NCBI GenBank assembly: GCA_963851265.1 | Contig: CAWKNZ010000009.1 | Span: forward strand, 141,028-205,027 | DNA: 64,000 nt | DNA from: an uncultured Gemmatimonadales bacterium | GTDB lineage: Bacteria > Gemmatimonadota > Gemmatimonadetes > Gemmatimonadales > Gemmatimonadaceae | Reading direction: 5' to 3' | In this document: positions 40,376 through 51,228 of the stretch, one piece after another | How the letters are laid out: every line of letters starts with the position of its first letter | How positions within the stretch are numbered: position 1 is the first letter of the stretch | Program-made: the position numbers and the translations under genes | Notes under the pieces: model-generated | The model's database searches: none | The model's input: the letters and a program-made list of their open reading frames with translations, nothing else | Told to the model about the DNA's origin: nothing

Positions 40376-41272
40376 CTACGGTCGCCGCGTGCCCTTCGCG
40401 AACACCTTGTCATCGTCGCCCCGCCACTCGAAGGTCATCGGGCGGCCCTTGTCGCGCATGAACTCGATGGTCACGTCCGGGCGGAGCACCTCCGAGATCA
40501 CCCCCGCCGTGTCATACACGGCGGGCACGAACCAGTCCGGCGCCACGCGGATCATCGCGAAGTGCCCCAAATACCCGTTCCAGAGCCCGACCCGCCCCTT
40601 GAGCGTGCCGTTCTCGTAGTCGAGGACGAGCGGGGACGTCTTCGTCACCCGGCCGGTCGCATCGACCTCCATGAAGTCGTACCGCCCGAGATACGCCTGC
40701 GCGTCGGCGAGCGGCATCGTAGTGCTCAGCGAGGGCGCCACGCCGACGTTGAGCGCCACGGTCGTCCGGTCCCAGTTGAAGGCCAGCGTGCCGCCATCCA
40801 CACGCAGGGCGGGGATCGACCAGGTCAGGACCTCGGTGAAAGGGGCCTCGTGCGTATGCACCGCGAAGCGGATCTGCGCCGGCGTCGAATCCGGCGGCAT
40901 GTTGTGGAACTGCCGCCACTTCGGGTCGAGCACCAGGGTCCAGTCCCCAGACGCGCGCACCACGAACCACACGGAGTACTTGCCCTTGGGCACGGCGTGG
41001 CCGTCGAGCGTGATCGCCCGGTCCGTCTCGAGGGTCGTCGCGTAATTGGCGCCCGGCGTCCACACCTCGCCCCAGTGCACCGCTGGGGTGCCGAATAGAG
41101 GGTGCCGGCCCCGCACGCGAGGTCTCGAGTACTGCACGGTGATCGTCGTGCCATCGATCACCTGAGCCATCGTCCCGAGCTCGCTCGCTTTGACCTGGGC
41201 CGTGGCGGGCCTCGCGCGGCCCACCATCCCCGTTGCGACGACGAGCAAGCCTCGCGCGACGTGCCACCGCAT
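40376..41272 (-). CDS. DUF2911 domain exported protein
   Basis: ITVQYSRPRVRGR, VWTPGANYAT and VPKGKYS motifs; signal peptide. Confidence 0.8.
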   Translation of the reverse strand: MRWHVARGLLVVATGMVGRARPATAQVKASELGTMAQVIDGTTITVQYSRPRVRGRHPLFGTPAVHWGEVWTPGANYATTLETDRAITLDGHAVPKGKYSVWFVVRASGDWTLVLDPKWRQFHNMPPDSTPAQIRFAVHTHEAPFTEVLTWSIPALRVDGGTLAFNWDRTTVALNVGVAPSLSTTMPLADAQAYLGRYDFMEVDATGRVTKTSPLVLDYENGTLKGRVGLWNGYLGHFAMIRVAPDWFVPAVYDTAGVISEVLRPDVTIEFMRDKGRPMTFEWRGDDDKVFAKGTRRP

Positions 41273-41302
41273 GGATGCCCCCGCGTGATGTCCGGTCACC
41301 GG

Positions 41303-41749
41303 TCAGCCGAACTTCGCGTCCACCGCCGCGCGAATCGCGTCGAGCGACTTGCCGGCCTTGTGCAGTCGCACGGCGAGCCGGCCCTGTCCCTGGCAAATCG
41401 GGCAGTCCCGTGCCATCGCCTCCCTGCCTTCGTAGCACGACAGGAGCGAGTAGAAGCCCTCCATGTGCGCACATCCGCAGTTGCAGCGGATCCCATCGAT
41501 CACCTCGGGGATCGCGCGCACGGCATCGAACAGCTCCACGAGTTGCGGGGCGCCCGCGAGTTGCTCCGTCGTGAGCACGTTCGCGCCCGTGATGCCGGCC
41601 CGCGGGGTCGGATGTGGCCCCGGTACCCAGGCGCGCACCTCGGGGCGCACACGCGCGGCACGCGCGCTCCGACCCGGGACGAGGACTCCCGCCAGGGCGG
41701 TGACACCCGCGGCCAGCAACGTCCGCCGTGAGACTTCGTGGCGCATCAT
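41303..41749 (-). CDS. PCYCGC-motif family protein with twin-arginine signal
   Basis: SRRTLL Tat motif; RCNCGC, LLSCY and CPIC; AGGAG RBS. Confidence 0.75.
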   Translation of the reverse strand: MMRHEVSRRTLLAAGVTALAGVLVPGRSARAARVRPEVRAWVPGPHPTPRAGITGANVLTTEQLAGAPQLVELFDAVRAIPEVIDGIRCNCGCAHMEGFYSLLSCYEGREAMARDCPICQGQGRLAVRLHKAGKSLDAIRAAVDAKFG

Positions 41750-42220
41750 GGTCTCCTGGTTTCCGACACCAGCACGCGTCCCGCGACGCGGCTCCGGAGT
41801 GTAGCCCGCCGCACACGGCCGACTCAACCCTCCCGTTCGTCGGCCATCGTCGCCAGACCCGCGACAACAGGCGCGGCCGTGCGTCTCCTGGGCTCGGCCG
41901 TCCGTCGCGTCTGCCCCCTACGATGATCGCCTTCGCGTCCTGGGGTTGATCGGTCGGCGCGCGGGCGGCCCCGCCGCCGGCGGTCGCCGTCGCACGCCCC
42001 ACGGAGACCGCCGCATGGCGACCACGCTCGCCGCTCTCCCATTCCCGCGTCCGACTGCAGTCCGGCCGACCGCGACCGCGACGCCGCCCTGCGCGACCGG
42101 GCGGAGGGGCTCGGCCGGGACGGGGTACGGCGTCACCGTGCCGCCGCCGAAGTCGTCGAAGGTGGCGCCGCTCGCGCCGACGTCGACGAGGCCGATGTAG
42201 CCGCCGCGCACCACCCAACA

Positions 42221-42540
42221 GTGCCCCCACGGGACCGAGGCCAGCGGCTCGGGTCGTCCGGCGGTGGCTCGACCACCGGCCGCCACCTCGCCGGCACTTT
42301 GTGCAACAACCTGTTGCACATCTGCCGGCACTTCGGGGAACGCGCGCCGTAAATCGTCGGCGAGACGATTCACCACCTCGGCACCCCAGCCCTGCGCCCT
42401 GTCGGCGGGCGGCGATCTCGCGCCCGAGCTCGAAGTAGAGCGCGACCAGCCCGCGGTTGACCGCGACGGCCGTGCGGAACTGCGCGACGCGCACCCGCTC
42501 CAGCACGTCGGCGGGAAACGCGGCGTAGCCGGCGGGCACC
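42221..42540 (-). pseudogene. Frameshifted N-terminal fragment of a DUF1016/YhcG protein
   Basis: GYAAFPADVLERVRVAQFRTAVAVNRGLVALYFELG, then in another frame GWGAEVVNRLADDLRRAFPE...EPLASVPWGH; parallels 56361-57521. Confidence 0.75.
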
Positions 42541-42717
42541 TGGTCGCGCGTCGCGGTCGGAACGGTATCGGAGGTGAGCGTCCCGATCGCCGAGCCGGGC
42601 GTCGCGCCTGCCGCCGGCGGGGCGGCGGTCGGCGCAGGCGAGGAGGAGCGGGGCCGCTTGGGAGGCATACTCGAACGTGAGGCGCCGGGCGGGCACCCCG
42701 CCTCCCAGAACGCCGAC

Positions 42718-42867
42718 GCCATCGGAATCCATGTGCAGCCGGTACCCCTGGGGCCGGTCCCAGGAGCTGTGATCGCGCTCGAACACCTGGACATCGACGT
42801 CCGCGCGGCGGAGCGCCTGGGCCAAACGGAGACTACCCAAGCCTGCGCCGGACACCCGCACCCGCAA
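42718..42867 (-). pseudogene. N-terminal fragment of an FAD-dependent monooxygenase
   Basis: LRVRVSGAGLGSLRLAQALRRADVDVQVFERD...QGYRLHM; only the Rossmann start remains. Confidence 0.65.
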
Positions 42868-43102
42868 TCCTGCCGACGAGCCTACTGTGAGACGGCCCTC
42901 TCCCGTGAAAAAAGGGACGCACTGGAGGCCGGTCCCGTACGTGGGAGGGGGCGTGTACGAGCGCGAAGCGGCGCCACCCGGACTACCCACCGGGCTGTGA
43001 CTTTCGCACGTCTCCCGGGACGCTATCGCGTTCGAGGCTTGCACGTCGACGCCGCGCGTGTCGGGTCCCCGGCACGGCGGGACGGCGATCGTCCGCACGT
43101 GG

Positions 43103-44021
43103 TCACCCCACCTGGTCGCGTGCCGCGCCCGGCCATGCGTCGCTCGGGTCGCCGGGCGGCAACACGCCGCGCCGGAACCGCTCCGGGGCGAACCCCGTCA
43201 GCCGGCGCATGTGCCGCGCGAGGTGGCCGGCGTGCGCGAACCCGCTCGCCGCGGCGACCGCGGCGACACTCGTGTGCGGCGACGCCAGCAGCGTGATCGC
43301 GCGCTCGACGCGGCGGCGCACCACGTACGCGTGGGGCGGCAGGCCGGTCGCCCGCGCGAACTCGCGCGCGAAGTGGTACGGGCTCAGCCCCGCCTCGGCC
43401 GCGAGCGCCGCGAGCGGGAGCGGGCCGGCGAGGTCGGCCGCGATCCGGTCCAGCACGCGGCGGAGGCGCGGCCTGGCGATGCCGCCTCGCGATGGCCGCA
43501 CCGGCGGCTCGGCGCTCGGGCAATCACGGGCCGCGTGGTGCTGCACGAGATGGTCGGCGAGCTGCGTGGCGGCCGCGTCCGCGGCATCACCATCGGGGGC
43601 TGCCGCGATGGCGTAGATGCGGCGCGCCAGGATCGGATCGTCCACGTCGACCCCCGGCCGGAGCTCCACGTGGGCGCCGTCCCCGCCCTCAGCGACGACG
43701 GCCGCGCCGCACGATGGCCCACGGCAGCCGCACCGTGAGCACCCGGCACGCCCCGAGAATGCGGAACTGGAAGCGACACCCGGGCGGCATCACGGTCACC
43801 GTGCCGACCCGCGGCACGTCCCGGATCGCCCGCCCGTCGACCCGCGCCTCGACCTGGTGGGCGTCGCTCAGGTTGAGCACGAGGCCGACCTCGTCGCGGC
43901 CGTCGACCACGAGCGACGTCTCGCGGTGGCGCACCCGCCGCACGAGGTCGCGCGGGCCCGGCGTCACCCGCGCGCCGGCCCCGAAGTCCGCCTCGAAGAT
44001 CCCCGGGAACATGCGCGACAT
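43103..44021 (-). pseudogene. AraC family regulator split by one frameshift near 43710
   Basis: The N-domain (43689-44021) and the HTH domain (LSPYHFAREF...VAAASGFAHAGHL, 43103-43669) are in different frames; a sequencing error is possible. Confidence 0.7.
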
Positions 44022-44112
44022 CGTCGGAGGGTGCGGCGTGAACCCGCGGGCGCGTGCGTCCGGCCCGGCTGCGAGTCGCGTGCCCACGAGGTCGCCATCC
44101 GCCACGGCGCGC

Positions 44113-45177
44113 CTACCGCGCGACCGGGACCGCGAACGCGCTCGCGAACGGGTCCCCGACCGCGACCGGCGCCATCCCGAGGTCGGCGAACCCGTGCGCG
44201 CGCTGCTCCTCGGCGAGGGCGGGCGGCGTCCAGCCCGGCGGCGGCAGCTCGCGCCGGTCCGCCGGGGCCCCGCTCATCGTGAGCATCCGCTCGAAGCCCG
44301 CCGGCGTGTAGAGGTTCAGGAACCGCGCGGTCGCACTCGTCACCTGGAAGCCGTGCACCGTGCCGCGCGGGACGAACACGGTGTCGCCCGCGCGCGCCGT
44401 CTCGCGCCGGTCGCCGAGCAGGAACTCGGCCTCTCCGGCGAGCACGTAGAACACCTCGTCCATCGCCGCGTGGAGGTGCGGCGGCGCCGCGGGCCCGTGC
44501 GGCATCACCTCGTCGAACAGGCAGTAGCTCCCGTTCGTCGCGCGCCCGTCGGCCAGCACGGTCCACAGCCCGCCCACGGACCAGTAGGCCGGGGCCGTGG
44601 TCGCGTGGCTGCTGAAGGGGGGCACGACCGCGTCCGGCGTGGGGACGGTGGCCATGTTGTCCGCGCGCGGCGGGTCGACGCCCGGCAGGCCGAGGATCGG
44701 GATCTGGCCGTAGTCGCGCGAGAGTTGCTCGACGAGGCGGCGCGGCGGCATCGGCACGTCGGGCGGCGGCAGCTCATTCCGTTCGGCCGGGTACCCGAAG
44801 CCCATGACGAGCAGCTCGAAGCCGGCGGGCAGGTAGAAGTTGAGCAGCTGCGTGTCGGGCGCGTCGACGACGAACGAGTGCTGCGCCCAGCGCGGGACCG
44901 CGACGAAGGTGCCCGCCCCCGCCGAGATCGTCTGGCCGGCCGCGTGGAACGTGCAGTGGCCCGAGACCACGTAGAGGCCCTCGTCCATCGGGTGGGCGTG
45001 CGTGCAGGGGCCGCCGCCGTTGGGGGTCACGAGCTGGTCGAGGAGGCAGAACGTGTTGTCGGTCTGGATGCCCGAGGCCATCACGCGCCACAGGTTGCCC
45101 AACTGCCAGAAGCCGGGCGCGCTCTCGGGGGTCGCGACGTAGGCGCGGGCCGTGCTGGCGGCGGAAGCGGTGTGCAT
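44113..45177 (-). CDS. Bicupin, quercetin 2,3-dioxygenase-like
   Basis: Two cupin motifs, THAHPMDE...QHSF and PHLHAAMDE...VHGF, each followed by PAGFE. Confidence 0.8.
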   Translation of the reverse strand: MHTASAASTARAYVATPESAPGFWQLGNLWRVMASGIQTDNTFCLLDQLVTPNGGGPCTHAHPMDEGLYVVSGHCTFHAAGQTISAGAGTFVAVPRWAQHSFVVDAPDTQLLNFYLPAGFELLVMGFGYPAERNELPPPDVPMPPRRLVEQLSRDYGQIPILGLPGVDPPRADNMATVPTPDAVVPPFSSHATTAPAYWSVGGLWTVLADGRATNGSYCLFDEVMPHGPAAPPHLHAAMDEVFYVLAGEAEFLLGDRRETARAGDTVFVPRGTVHGFQVTSATARFLNLYTPAGFERMLTMSGAPADRRELPPPGWTPPALAEEQRAHGFADLGMAPVAVGDPFASAFAVPVAR

Positions 45178-45351
45178 CGGGGGGCCTCTCGGGGCGAGGC
45201 CGCGCCGGGGAACGGGCGTGTTCCCGCGGAGCGGTCATGTCCCGGCGTGCAGGTTCCGGACGGCGGCGGGCCGCCGCGCGCACGTTCTTGCTGCCGCGTG
45301 TGGAGGACGGCCCGTGGCGAAGGGCCGCCGCACCCCGGCCGGAGCACGCGC

Positions 45352-45643
45352 TCACGCCGCGCCGGGCGGGAGCAACTCGGTGCGGTAGAGTGGGGCGATC
45401 GCGGCGGCCCTGGCCAAGAAGGCCGCCTGCTGCGCTGGACTGAGTGGGGGCGGCGCCGTCGTGCGGCCGGCGACGGCCACGCCGATCTGCTGGAAGAACT
45501 CCTCCTGCCCCGCGGGCGCGCAGCAGCAGCGCAGCCGCACGGGCGCCGGCGACCCGTTCTGAAACTGGTGCGGTGCGTCGGCCGGGATCATGCACCAGCC
45601 GACGCGTCGTGAACCAGCGCCGCGCGCCCGCACAGTGAAGCGC
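45352..45643 (-). pseudogene. C-terminal half of a cupin protein
   Basis: IPADAPHQFQN...APAGQEEFF...YRTELL; cupin motif 1 is absent. Confidence 0.6.
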
Positions 45644-45754
45644 AATGCTGCCCGCGTTCGGCCCGGTGGGGGCGCCGGCGACCGGCACATCGCGCGGTCC
45701 GCGCGTCGACCGTGCGGGCGCGGACCGACCCGGACCGACCCGGACCGGCCGGCG

Positions 45755-46558
45755 TCAGTTGCCCGCGGCCGCGCGGCTGCCGGGCACGTGGCCTCCCGCG
45801 AGTCGGTCGAGCCACTCGCCGAGCAGGTGCTGCTCGCCGACGGTCAGCGCGTCGGGCGTTTCGGTCAGGACGGCGCGTAACGCGACGGCGCGCGCCGCCA
45901 CCCGTGCCGGGCCGGGTACCGGGTCGCGCGTGCGTTGCGGGGCGCCGCCGACGTCGGGCGCGACGGTGACCGCGGCGAGCACCGCCTCGCGCATCGCGTC
46001 CGCGAGCCGCGGGTCGCGCGCCCCGGGCGCGGCGGCTACGAGGGCGAGCGTGACCCCGTTGCCCGCCGCCGCAACGAGACGGGTGGCGTGGGCGACGTCG
46101 ACCCGCAGACGCCCAGCCACGGCCACCTGTGCGACCAGCGCGTGTAAGTGCGCTTCTCCCTCCCGCGCCGCGTCGGCGAGCGCACCGCCGGCCGGGTCGC
46201 CGTAAATCAGCGCGTACACCGCGGGGTGAGCGAGGCCGAACGCGACGTGCAGGTCCCACCCGCGGCGCAGGTCCTCGACGGGATCGCCGGACGGGGTGCG
46301 GGCGGCCTTCTGGCGCACGTACGCGGCCAGTGTCTCGCGCGCGGCCGTGTCGAGCAGCCCGCGCATGTCGCCGAACAGGCGGTAGATCGCGGGGGGCTGC
46401 ACGCCGGCGGCGGCGGCGACCGCGCGCGTGGTCGCGGCGTCGCGTCCGCCCGCGTCGAGCAGCCGGGCCGCGGCCGCCACGATGCGCGCGCGCGCCGCGT
46501 CGGTCTGATCCGCGGGATCGACCGGGGCGGCGTCGAGGATCGCGGTTGGCTCGTGCAT
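45755..46558 (-). CDS. TetR/AcrR family regulator
   Basis: TTRAVAAAAGVQPPAIYRLFGD HTH. Confidence 0.9.
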   Translation of the reverse strand: MHEPTAILDAAPVDPADQTDAARARIVAAAARLLDAGGRDAATTRAVAAAAGVQPPAIYRLFGDMRGLLDTAARETLAAYVRQKAARTPSGDPVEDLRRGWDLHVAFGLAHPAVYALIYGDPAGGALADAAREGEAHLHALVAQVAVAGRLRVDVAHATRLVAAAGNGVTLALVAAAPGARDPRLADAMREAVLAAVTVAPDVGGAPQRTRDPVPGPARVAARAVALRAVLTETPDALTVGEQHLLGEWLDRLAGGHVPGSRAAAGN

Positions 46559-46603
46559 GCCGGAGAACTAGCACGACGCACATTCCGCCGATAGTCGAGT
46601 CTT

Positions 46604-46637
46604 GCTATCGATGGTAGCGTCTGATACCATCGGTACC
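46604..46637. promoter_or_regulatory. Paired imperfect palindromes, probable TetR operators
   Basis: GCTATCGATGGTAGC (46604) and GATACCATCGGTACC (46623) in the divergent intergenic region. Confidence 0.6.
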
Positions 46638-46681
46638 AAGAAAAGAGTATCAGCGAAACGACAATCGGACCCGAGGTATCA

Positions 46682-47581
46682 GTGATCGTAGTCACCGGGG
46701 CGACCGGCCCGCTGGGCCGCGGCGTCGTCCAGCATCTCCTGCAGCGCGTCCCCGCCGACCAGGTCGGCGTCAGCGTCCGCGATCCGGCGAACGCGGCCGA
46801 CCTCGCAGCGCGTGGCGTTCGCGTCCACCGCGGCGACTTCGCCGAGCCGGACGGCCTGGCGAAGGCGTTCGAGGGCGCGACGCAGGCGCTGATCGTGTCC
46901 ATCGACCAGCTCGGCGAGCTGGCGCGTCAGCGCCACCGCGCCGCGATCGCGGCGGCGCGTGCGGCTGGCGCGCGGCGCGTGCTCTACACGAGCCACATGG
47001 GCGCGCGGGCGGACTCGCCGTTCGCCCCAGGCGCCGATCACGCGGCGGCCGAAGAGGCGCTCGCCGAGGGAGGCCGGTCGTTCACAGCGCTCCGCCACGG
47101 CTTCTACGCGGAGAGTGCGCTCCACCTGATCGGCCCCGGGCTCGTGGCCGGCGAGATCCGAGCGCCGGAGGACGGCCCGGTGAGCTGGACCACGCGCGCC
47201 GACCTGGCCGAGGCGGACGCAATCCTGCTCGCCGACGAGGGGCGGCTGGACGGCATCACGCCCCCGCTCACCGCGCTCGAGGCGTTCACCATGGCCGACG
47301 TGGCCCGGGTCGCGTCCGAGCTGACCGGGCGCGAGATCCGCCGGGTCACGCTGTCCGACAGCGCGTGGCGCGACGCCACCGTGGCGCAGGGCGTGCCGGC
47401 CCCCGTGGCCGACCTGCTGCTCGGGATGTATCAGGCCGCGCGGCGCGGCGACTTCGCCGCTGTCGACCCGACCCTCGAACGGCTGCTCGGGCGTCGCCCG
47501 GCGAGCCTGCGCGACGCCCTCGCGGCGCACCTCCGGCGCGGGTCCGCACCGCACACCGACGCCGGTCACGCCGCCGCGTGA
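46682..47581 (+). CDS. NmrA/atypical SDR NAD(P)H-binding oxidoreductase
   Basis: VTGATGPLG, RGDF, YTSH and LRHGFY motifs. Confidence 0.88.
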   Translation: MIVVTGATGPLGRGVVQHLLQRVPADQVGVSVRDPANAADLAARGVRVHRGDFAEPDGLAKAFEGATQALIVSIDQLGELARQRHRAAIAAARAAGARRVLYTSHMGARADSPFAPGADHAAAEEALAEGGRSFTALRHGFYAESALHLIGPGLVAGEIRAPEDGPVSWTTRADLAEADAILLADEGRLDGITPPLTALEAFTMADVARVASELTGREIRRVTLSDSAWRDATVAQGVPAPVADLLLGMYQAARRGDFAAVDPTLERLLGRRPASLRDALAAHLRRGSAPHTDAGHAAA

Positions 47582-47609
47582 CCCTCCCCCTCACCACCGG
47601 ACGATTCCC

Positions 47610-48305
47610 ATGACTATCACGTTCATCACCGGCGCCAACAAGGGCCTCGGCTACGAGACGGCGCGCCGCCTCGTCGCGCTCGGCCACACCGTGCTCGTCG
47701 GTGCGCGCGACCCCGCGCGCGGCCGTGCCGCGGCCGATCGGCTCGGCGCGCGGTTCGTGCCGATCGACGTCGCGGACGACGCGTCGGTCGCCCGCGCGGC
47801 GGAGGACGTGCTGGCGCACGAGGGCCGCGTCGACGTGCTGATCAACAACGCCGGCATCGTCGGCGTGCACGGCCCCGCCGACGCACTCACCGGCCCGGAC
47901 GCCGTGGAGATCTTCAACACGAACGTGGCGGGCATCGTGCGCGTCACGCACGCGTTCCTGCCGCTGCTCCGGCGCGCCGACCACCCGGCGATCGTCAACG
48001 TGAGCAGCGGCATGGGCTCGTTCGATCGCACGCACGACCCGGAGCGTGTCGAGTCGGGGCCCGTCGCCCCGCTCTACACGGCCTCGAAGGCCGCGGTCAC
48101 GATGCTCACCACGCAGTACGCGCGGGCGCTGCCCGGCATCCGCGTGAACGCGGCCGACCCCGGCTACACGGCCACCGACTTCAACGGCCACAGCGGGCCG
48201 CAGTCCGTCGCGGAGGGCACGGACGCGATCGTCGCGCTCGCGACCGAGGGCCCCGGCGCCGGCACGGGCCGGTTTCTCGACCGCCTCGGACCAGTCGGCT
48301 GGTAG
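47610..48305 (+). CDS. Classical SDR (carbonyl reductase-like)
   Basis: TGANKGLG, NNAG, YTASK (YxxxK) and DPGYTATD motifs. Confidence 0.92.
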   Translation: MTITFITGANKGLGYETARRLVALGHTVLVGARDPARGRAAADRLGARFVPIDVADDASVARAAEDVLAHEGRVDVLINNAGIVGVHGPADALTGPDAVEIFNTNVAGIVRVTHAFLPLLRRADHPAIVNVSSGMGSFDRTHDPERVESGPVAPLYTASKAAVTMLTTQYARALPGIRVNAADPGYTATDFNGHSGPQSVAEGTDAIVALATEGPGAGTGRFLDRLGPVGW

Positions 48306-48427
48306 TCGCGCGCCATCGCCGCGGGCCACCGCCCGCCGCGGTGGAGTCGGATCCAGCATCCCGGGGCGCCCATGCCCGCCCGGACCGGGGTGCCGCCGAC
48401 CGCGCCGGCCGTGTCACGACGCGCCGG

Positions 48428-49342
48428 TCAGGACGGCTTCATCGCGAGAATGTCGGCCACCGGGACGGGCAATCGCGCGAGCGGCGCCGCCGCGACCATG
48501 GCGTCCACGAGCGCGCGGCACTCAGCGTGTCCCGTCGCCAGCACCGTGCGGAATGACCGGACCCGCGACATGCCCCAGAGCAGGGCCGCCACGGCCCACA
48601 TCGGACTGCCGTCGATGCGCCGCTTGGCACGCGGGTAGACGCGATCCCCGAGCCCCCGGATCAGGGCGAAGCTCGCGTGGATCCCGCGCGCCAGCACGAC
48701 CGCCTCGCCCCACGAGGCCCCGCCGCCGCGCCGCTCGCCGGCGATCGACACACTCTCGAATGCCACACACAGGGGCACGTGGCAGCGCAGCCAGAGCGGC
48801 ATCTCGCGCTCAAGCCGCGCCGGCAAGCCCGCGGCGTCGAACACGTCGACCCAGCGCTGGTCACTCATAAGCGTCCGTTGGCCGGCCGCGCCGATGGTCG
48901 CCGTGAGCCGGCCGGCGTCGTCCAGGGTGGCCTGCACGAACGGCATCCCGAAGGCGCAGCGCTCGACACCGACCGCGTTGCCGAAGCGCTCCGGATCGAA
49001 GGTGTTGCACATGAACTGGATGCACCGGGCCGCGCTGCGCTGCAACGTCGGCAGGAGCGCGTCCACCTGGTGGGCCAGGAGCGTGACGATGATCAGATCG
49101 TACGGCGTGTGTTCGTCAAGCAGGTCCGACACCCGGACGTCGGCCCGTCCGCGCGTCGCGTCGAGGATCGCCCCCTCCTGTTCCAGCTGCTGCAGCCGGA
49201 CGGAGCCCGGCCGCGCGATGACCGTGATCTCGTGACCGCCGACGCGGGCCAGTTGCGAGGCGAAGGTACTGCCGATCTTCCCCGCGCCGAGCACCGCGAT
49301 CCGCAGCGGTGGCGTCGAAGCGCGCACGACGGTTCCGGACAT
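48428..49342 (-). CDS. Ketopantoate reductase (ApbA/PanE)-like oxidoreductase
   Basis: IAVLGAGKIGS, YDLIIVT and MPLWLRCH motifs. Confidence 0.75.
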   Translation of the reverse strand: MSGTVVRASTPPLRIAVLGAGKIGSTFASQLARVGGHEITVIARPGSVRLQQLEQEGAILDATRGRADVRVSDLLDEHTPYDLIIVTLLAHQVDALLPTLQRSAARCIQFMCNTFDPERFGNAVGVERCAFGMPFVQATLDDAGRLTATIGAAGQRTLMSDQRWVDVFDAAGLPARLEREMPLWLRCHVPLCVAFESVSIAGERRGGGASWGEAVVLARGIHASFALIRGLGDRVYPRAKRRIDGSPMWAVAALLWGMSRVRSFRTVLATGHAECRALVDAMVAAAPLARLPVPVADILAMKPS

Positions 49343-49384
49343 GGAGGACCTCACCTGCAGGGGATGGACGCTCGCGTCCGCCTC

Positions 49385-49456
49385 GATGACACGGCGTGTC
49401 GTCATGGTAGCCGGTGATGACACGGAATGCCAACACCGAATGCCACCCCGTATACT
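49385..49456. promoter_or_regulatory. Tandem TetR operators and -10 box
   Basis: GATGACACGGCGTGTCGTC (49385), GATGACACGGAATGCCAAC (49416) and a partial third copy; TATACT at 49451, 6 nt before the tetR ATG. Confidence 0.6.
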
Positions 49457-49462
49457 TCCCGC

Positions 49463-50125
49463 ATGAGCCGATGGCCCGCAGGCGCACGCGACCGGCTGGA
49501 GCGGGCCGCCCTCGCGCTGTTTCGCGAGCAGGGGTTCGCCGAGACCACCGTCCCGGAGATCGCCGCCCGCGCCGGGCTCACGACCCGCACCTTCTTCCGG
49601 CACTTCGCCGACAAGCGCGAGGTGCTCTTCGTCGGCGAGGCGGAGCTACCGGCGCTGGCGGCGCGGCTCGTGGCCGACGCCCCGGCCGCGCTCGGGCCGA
49701 TGGCGGTGGTCGCCCACGGGCTCGACGTCGTGGCTACGAGGGTGGGGGCGGGCCGCGTCGAGGACCTCCGGGTGCGCCGCGCCGTCGTCGCCGCGGACGA
49801 GGGGCTGCGCGAACGCGAGCTCCGCAAGTTCGCCGCGCTGGCCGACGCGGCCGGCCGGGCGTTCCGGGACCGCGGCGTCGACGCGCTGACCGCCACGCTC
49901 GCGGCGGAGCTGGGGGTCATGGCCTTCCGCGTCGCCGTGACCCGGTGGCTCGACGGCGGTGGGGCGGAGGGGCTGCCCGAGCTCGTCGCCGACACCCTGG
50001 CCGCCCTCCGGGCCGTCGCCGCCGATGGGTCGGCGCACCAGCCCGGTAGCGCCACTGCCGCGCCACGACCGCGAACGGCCCCGCGGCCCGGTCGCGGCGC
50101 CCCTGGAGCCGGCGGACGCTCCTAA
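49463..50125 (+). CDS. TetR family regulator
   Basis: MSRW...TTVPEIAARAGLTTRTFFRHFADKREVLF. Confidence 0.9.
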   Translation: MSRWPAGARDRLERAALALFREQGFAETTVPEIAARAGLTTRTFFRHFADKREVLFVGEAELPALAARLVADAPAALGPMAVVAHGLDVVATRVGAGRVEDLRVRRAVVAADEGLRERELRKFAALADAAGRAFRDRGVDALTATLAAELGVMAFRVAVTRWLDGGGAEGLPELVADTLAALRAVAADGSAHQPGSATAAPRPRTAPRPGRGAPGAGGRS

Positions 50126-50940
50126 CGCTCGGCCCACGACGGCGCGTCCCCCGGAACGGACCAGACCCCCTCGGCGGATCCGGTCGGCCGGGGGCACGCC
50201 GCGGTTGGATACGGGGCGGTCCCAACGCCAGCGCTCGGGGGCGTCTCGCACCGACCGCATGCGCGTGCCGGACCCCGCAGGCGGCGCGACCCGGGCCGCA
50301 CGGGCGCGCACCGCCCACACCGGCCAGCGAGGGTCGTTTTCCGGAATGTTGGAGTTACGTCCGGAAAACGTCGTGGGAGCCTAACGTGAGACCGGCGTCC
50401 CGTCTCCTTACCGTACGACTCCTGCGCGTCTCCGTTGAAGAGTGGGCGTCCTGGCCCGGCGGACGCGTGGTCGGCATCGCGGCACGTCGTGATGGGCCGG
50501 CCGGGCGTGTTAAGTTCGTGGCCTAACACGCCCGACCGGCCTACCACGCGTCCCCACCCCACCGCATGCCCCCGCCCCGCGCGGGCGGTGACAGCATCGC
50601 GCGCCATCTGCTGCGCAACGCGTAGCCCCACTACCCCGCGGTGCTTGGAGGAATCCGCGCCGCCCGTACGGCGGCGCCGGCCGCTCGGACGCCACGCCCG
50701 GGCTCAACCCTGGCTACCCGCACCTGAACCGCTGCATCCGCGTCGCCGACTTGGACGCGCTCGCCGGCGGCGGACCGAGGTACGACAATTTGTCCCATCG
50801 TGGAACTTCCTCGCGGTGGACGTGTACGGCAACGTCACACGCGCTGCGGAGGTACACCAGGCGGGCGCGTGGGGCGGCTGTGCCGCTCCCCACGAGGTTC
50901 CCGGCGCTTCTGGCGACGCCAGCCGCCACAGGTACGCCGC

Positions 50941-51228
50941 ATGTCGTCTGCCCCTCGTCCGTCCGCGCCCGTCTGGGCGGCCCCGCACCCGACCGCGCCC
51001 ATCGCGGCGGTGCTCCGCCTTGCCCTCGCGACCGATCGCGGCGCCGACGCCGGGTCGAGCCACGGTCGCGAGTCCGGCGACCCGGAGGCGGTGCTCACGC
51101 GCGCCGCGCGTCGGAAGGCCCGGATCCGCGTACGCCGGCTCGTGGCAGGAACCGCGCGGTCGACGATCGACGACCCGCGCGACCTCGACCGGTGGGAGGA
51201 CGAGGGCGGCCCACCGCGCGGCGTGTAG
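50941..51228 (+). CDS. Small hypothetical protein ending in LDRWEDEGG
   Basis: ATG-start ORF with a distinctive acidic C-terminal motif; weak support. Confidence 0.3.
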   Translation: MSSAPRPSAPVWAAPHPTAPIAAVLRLALATDRGADAGSSHGRESGDPEAVLTRAARRKARIRVRRLVAGTARSTIDDPRDLDRWEDEGGPPRGV

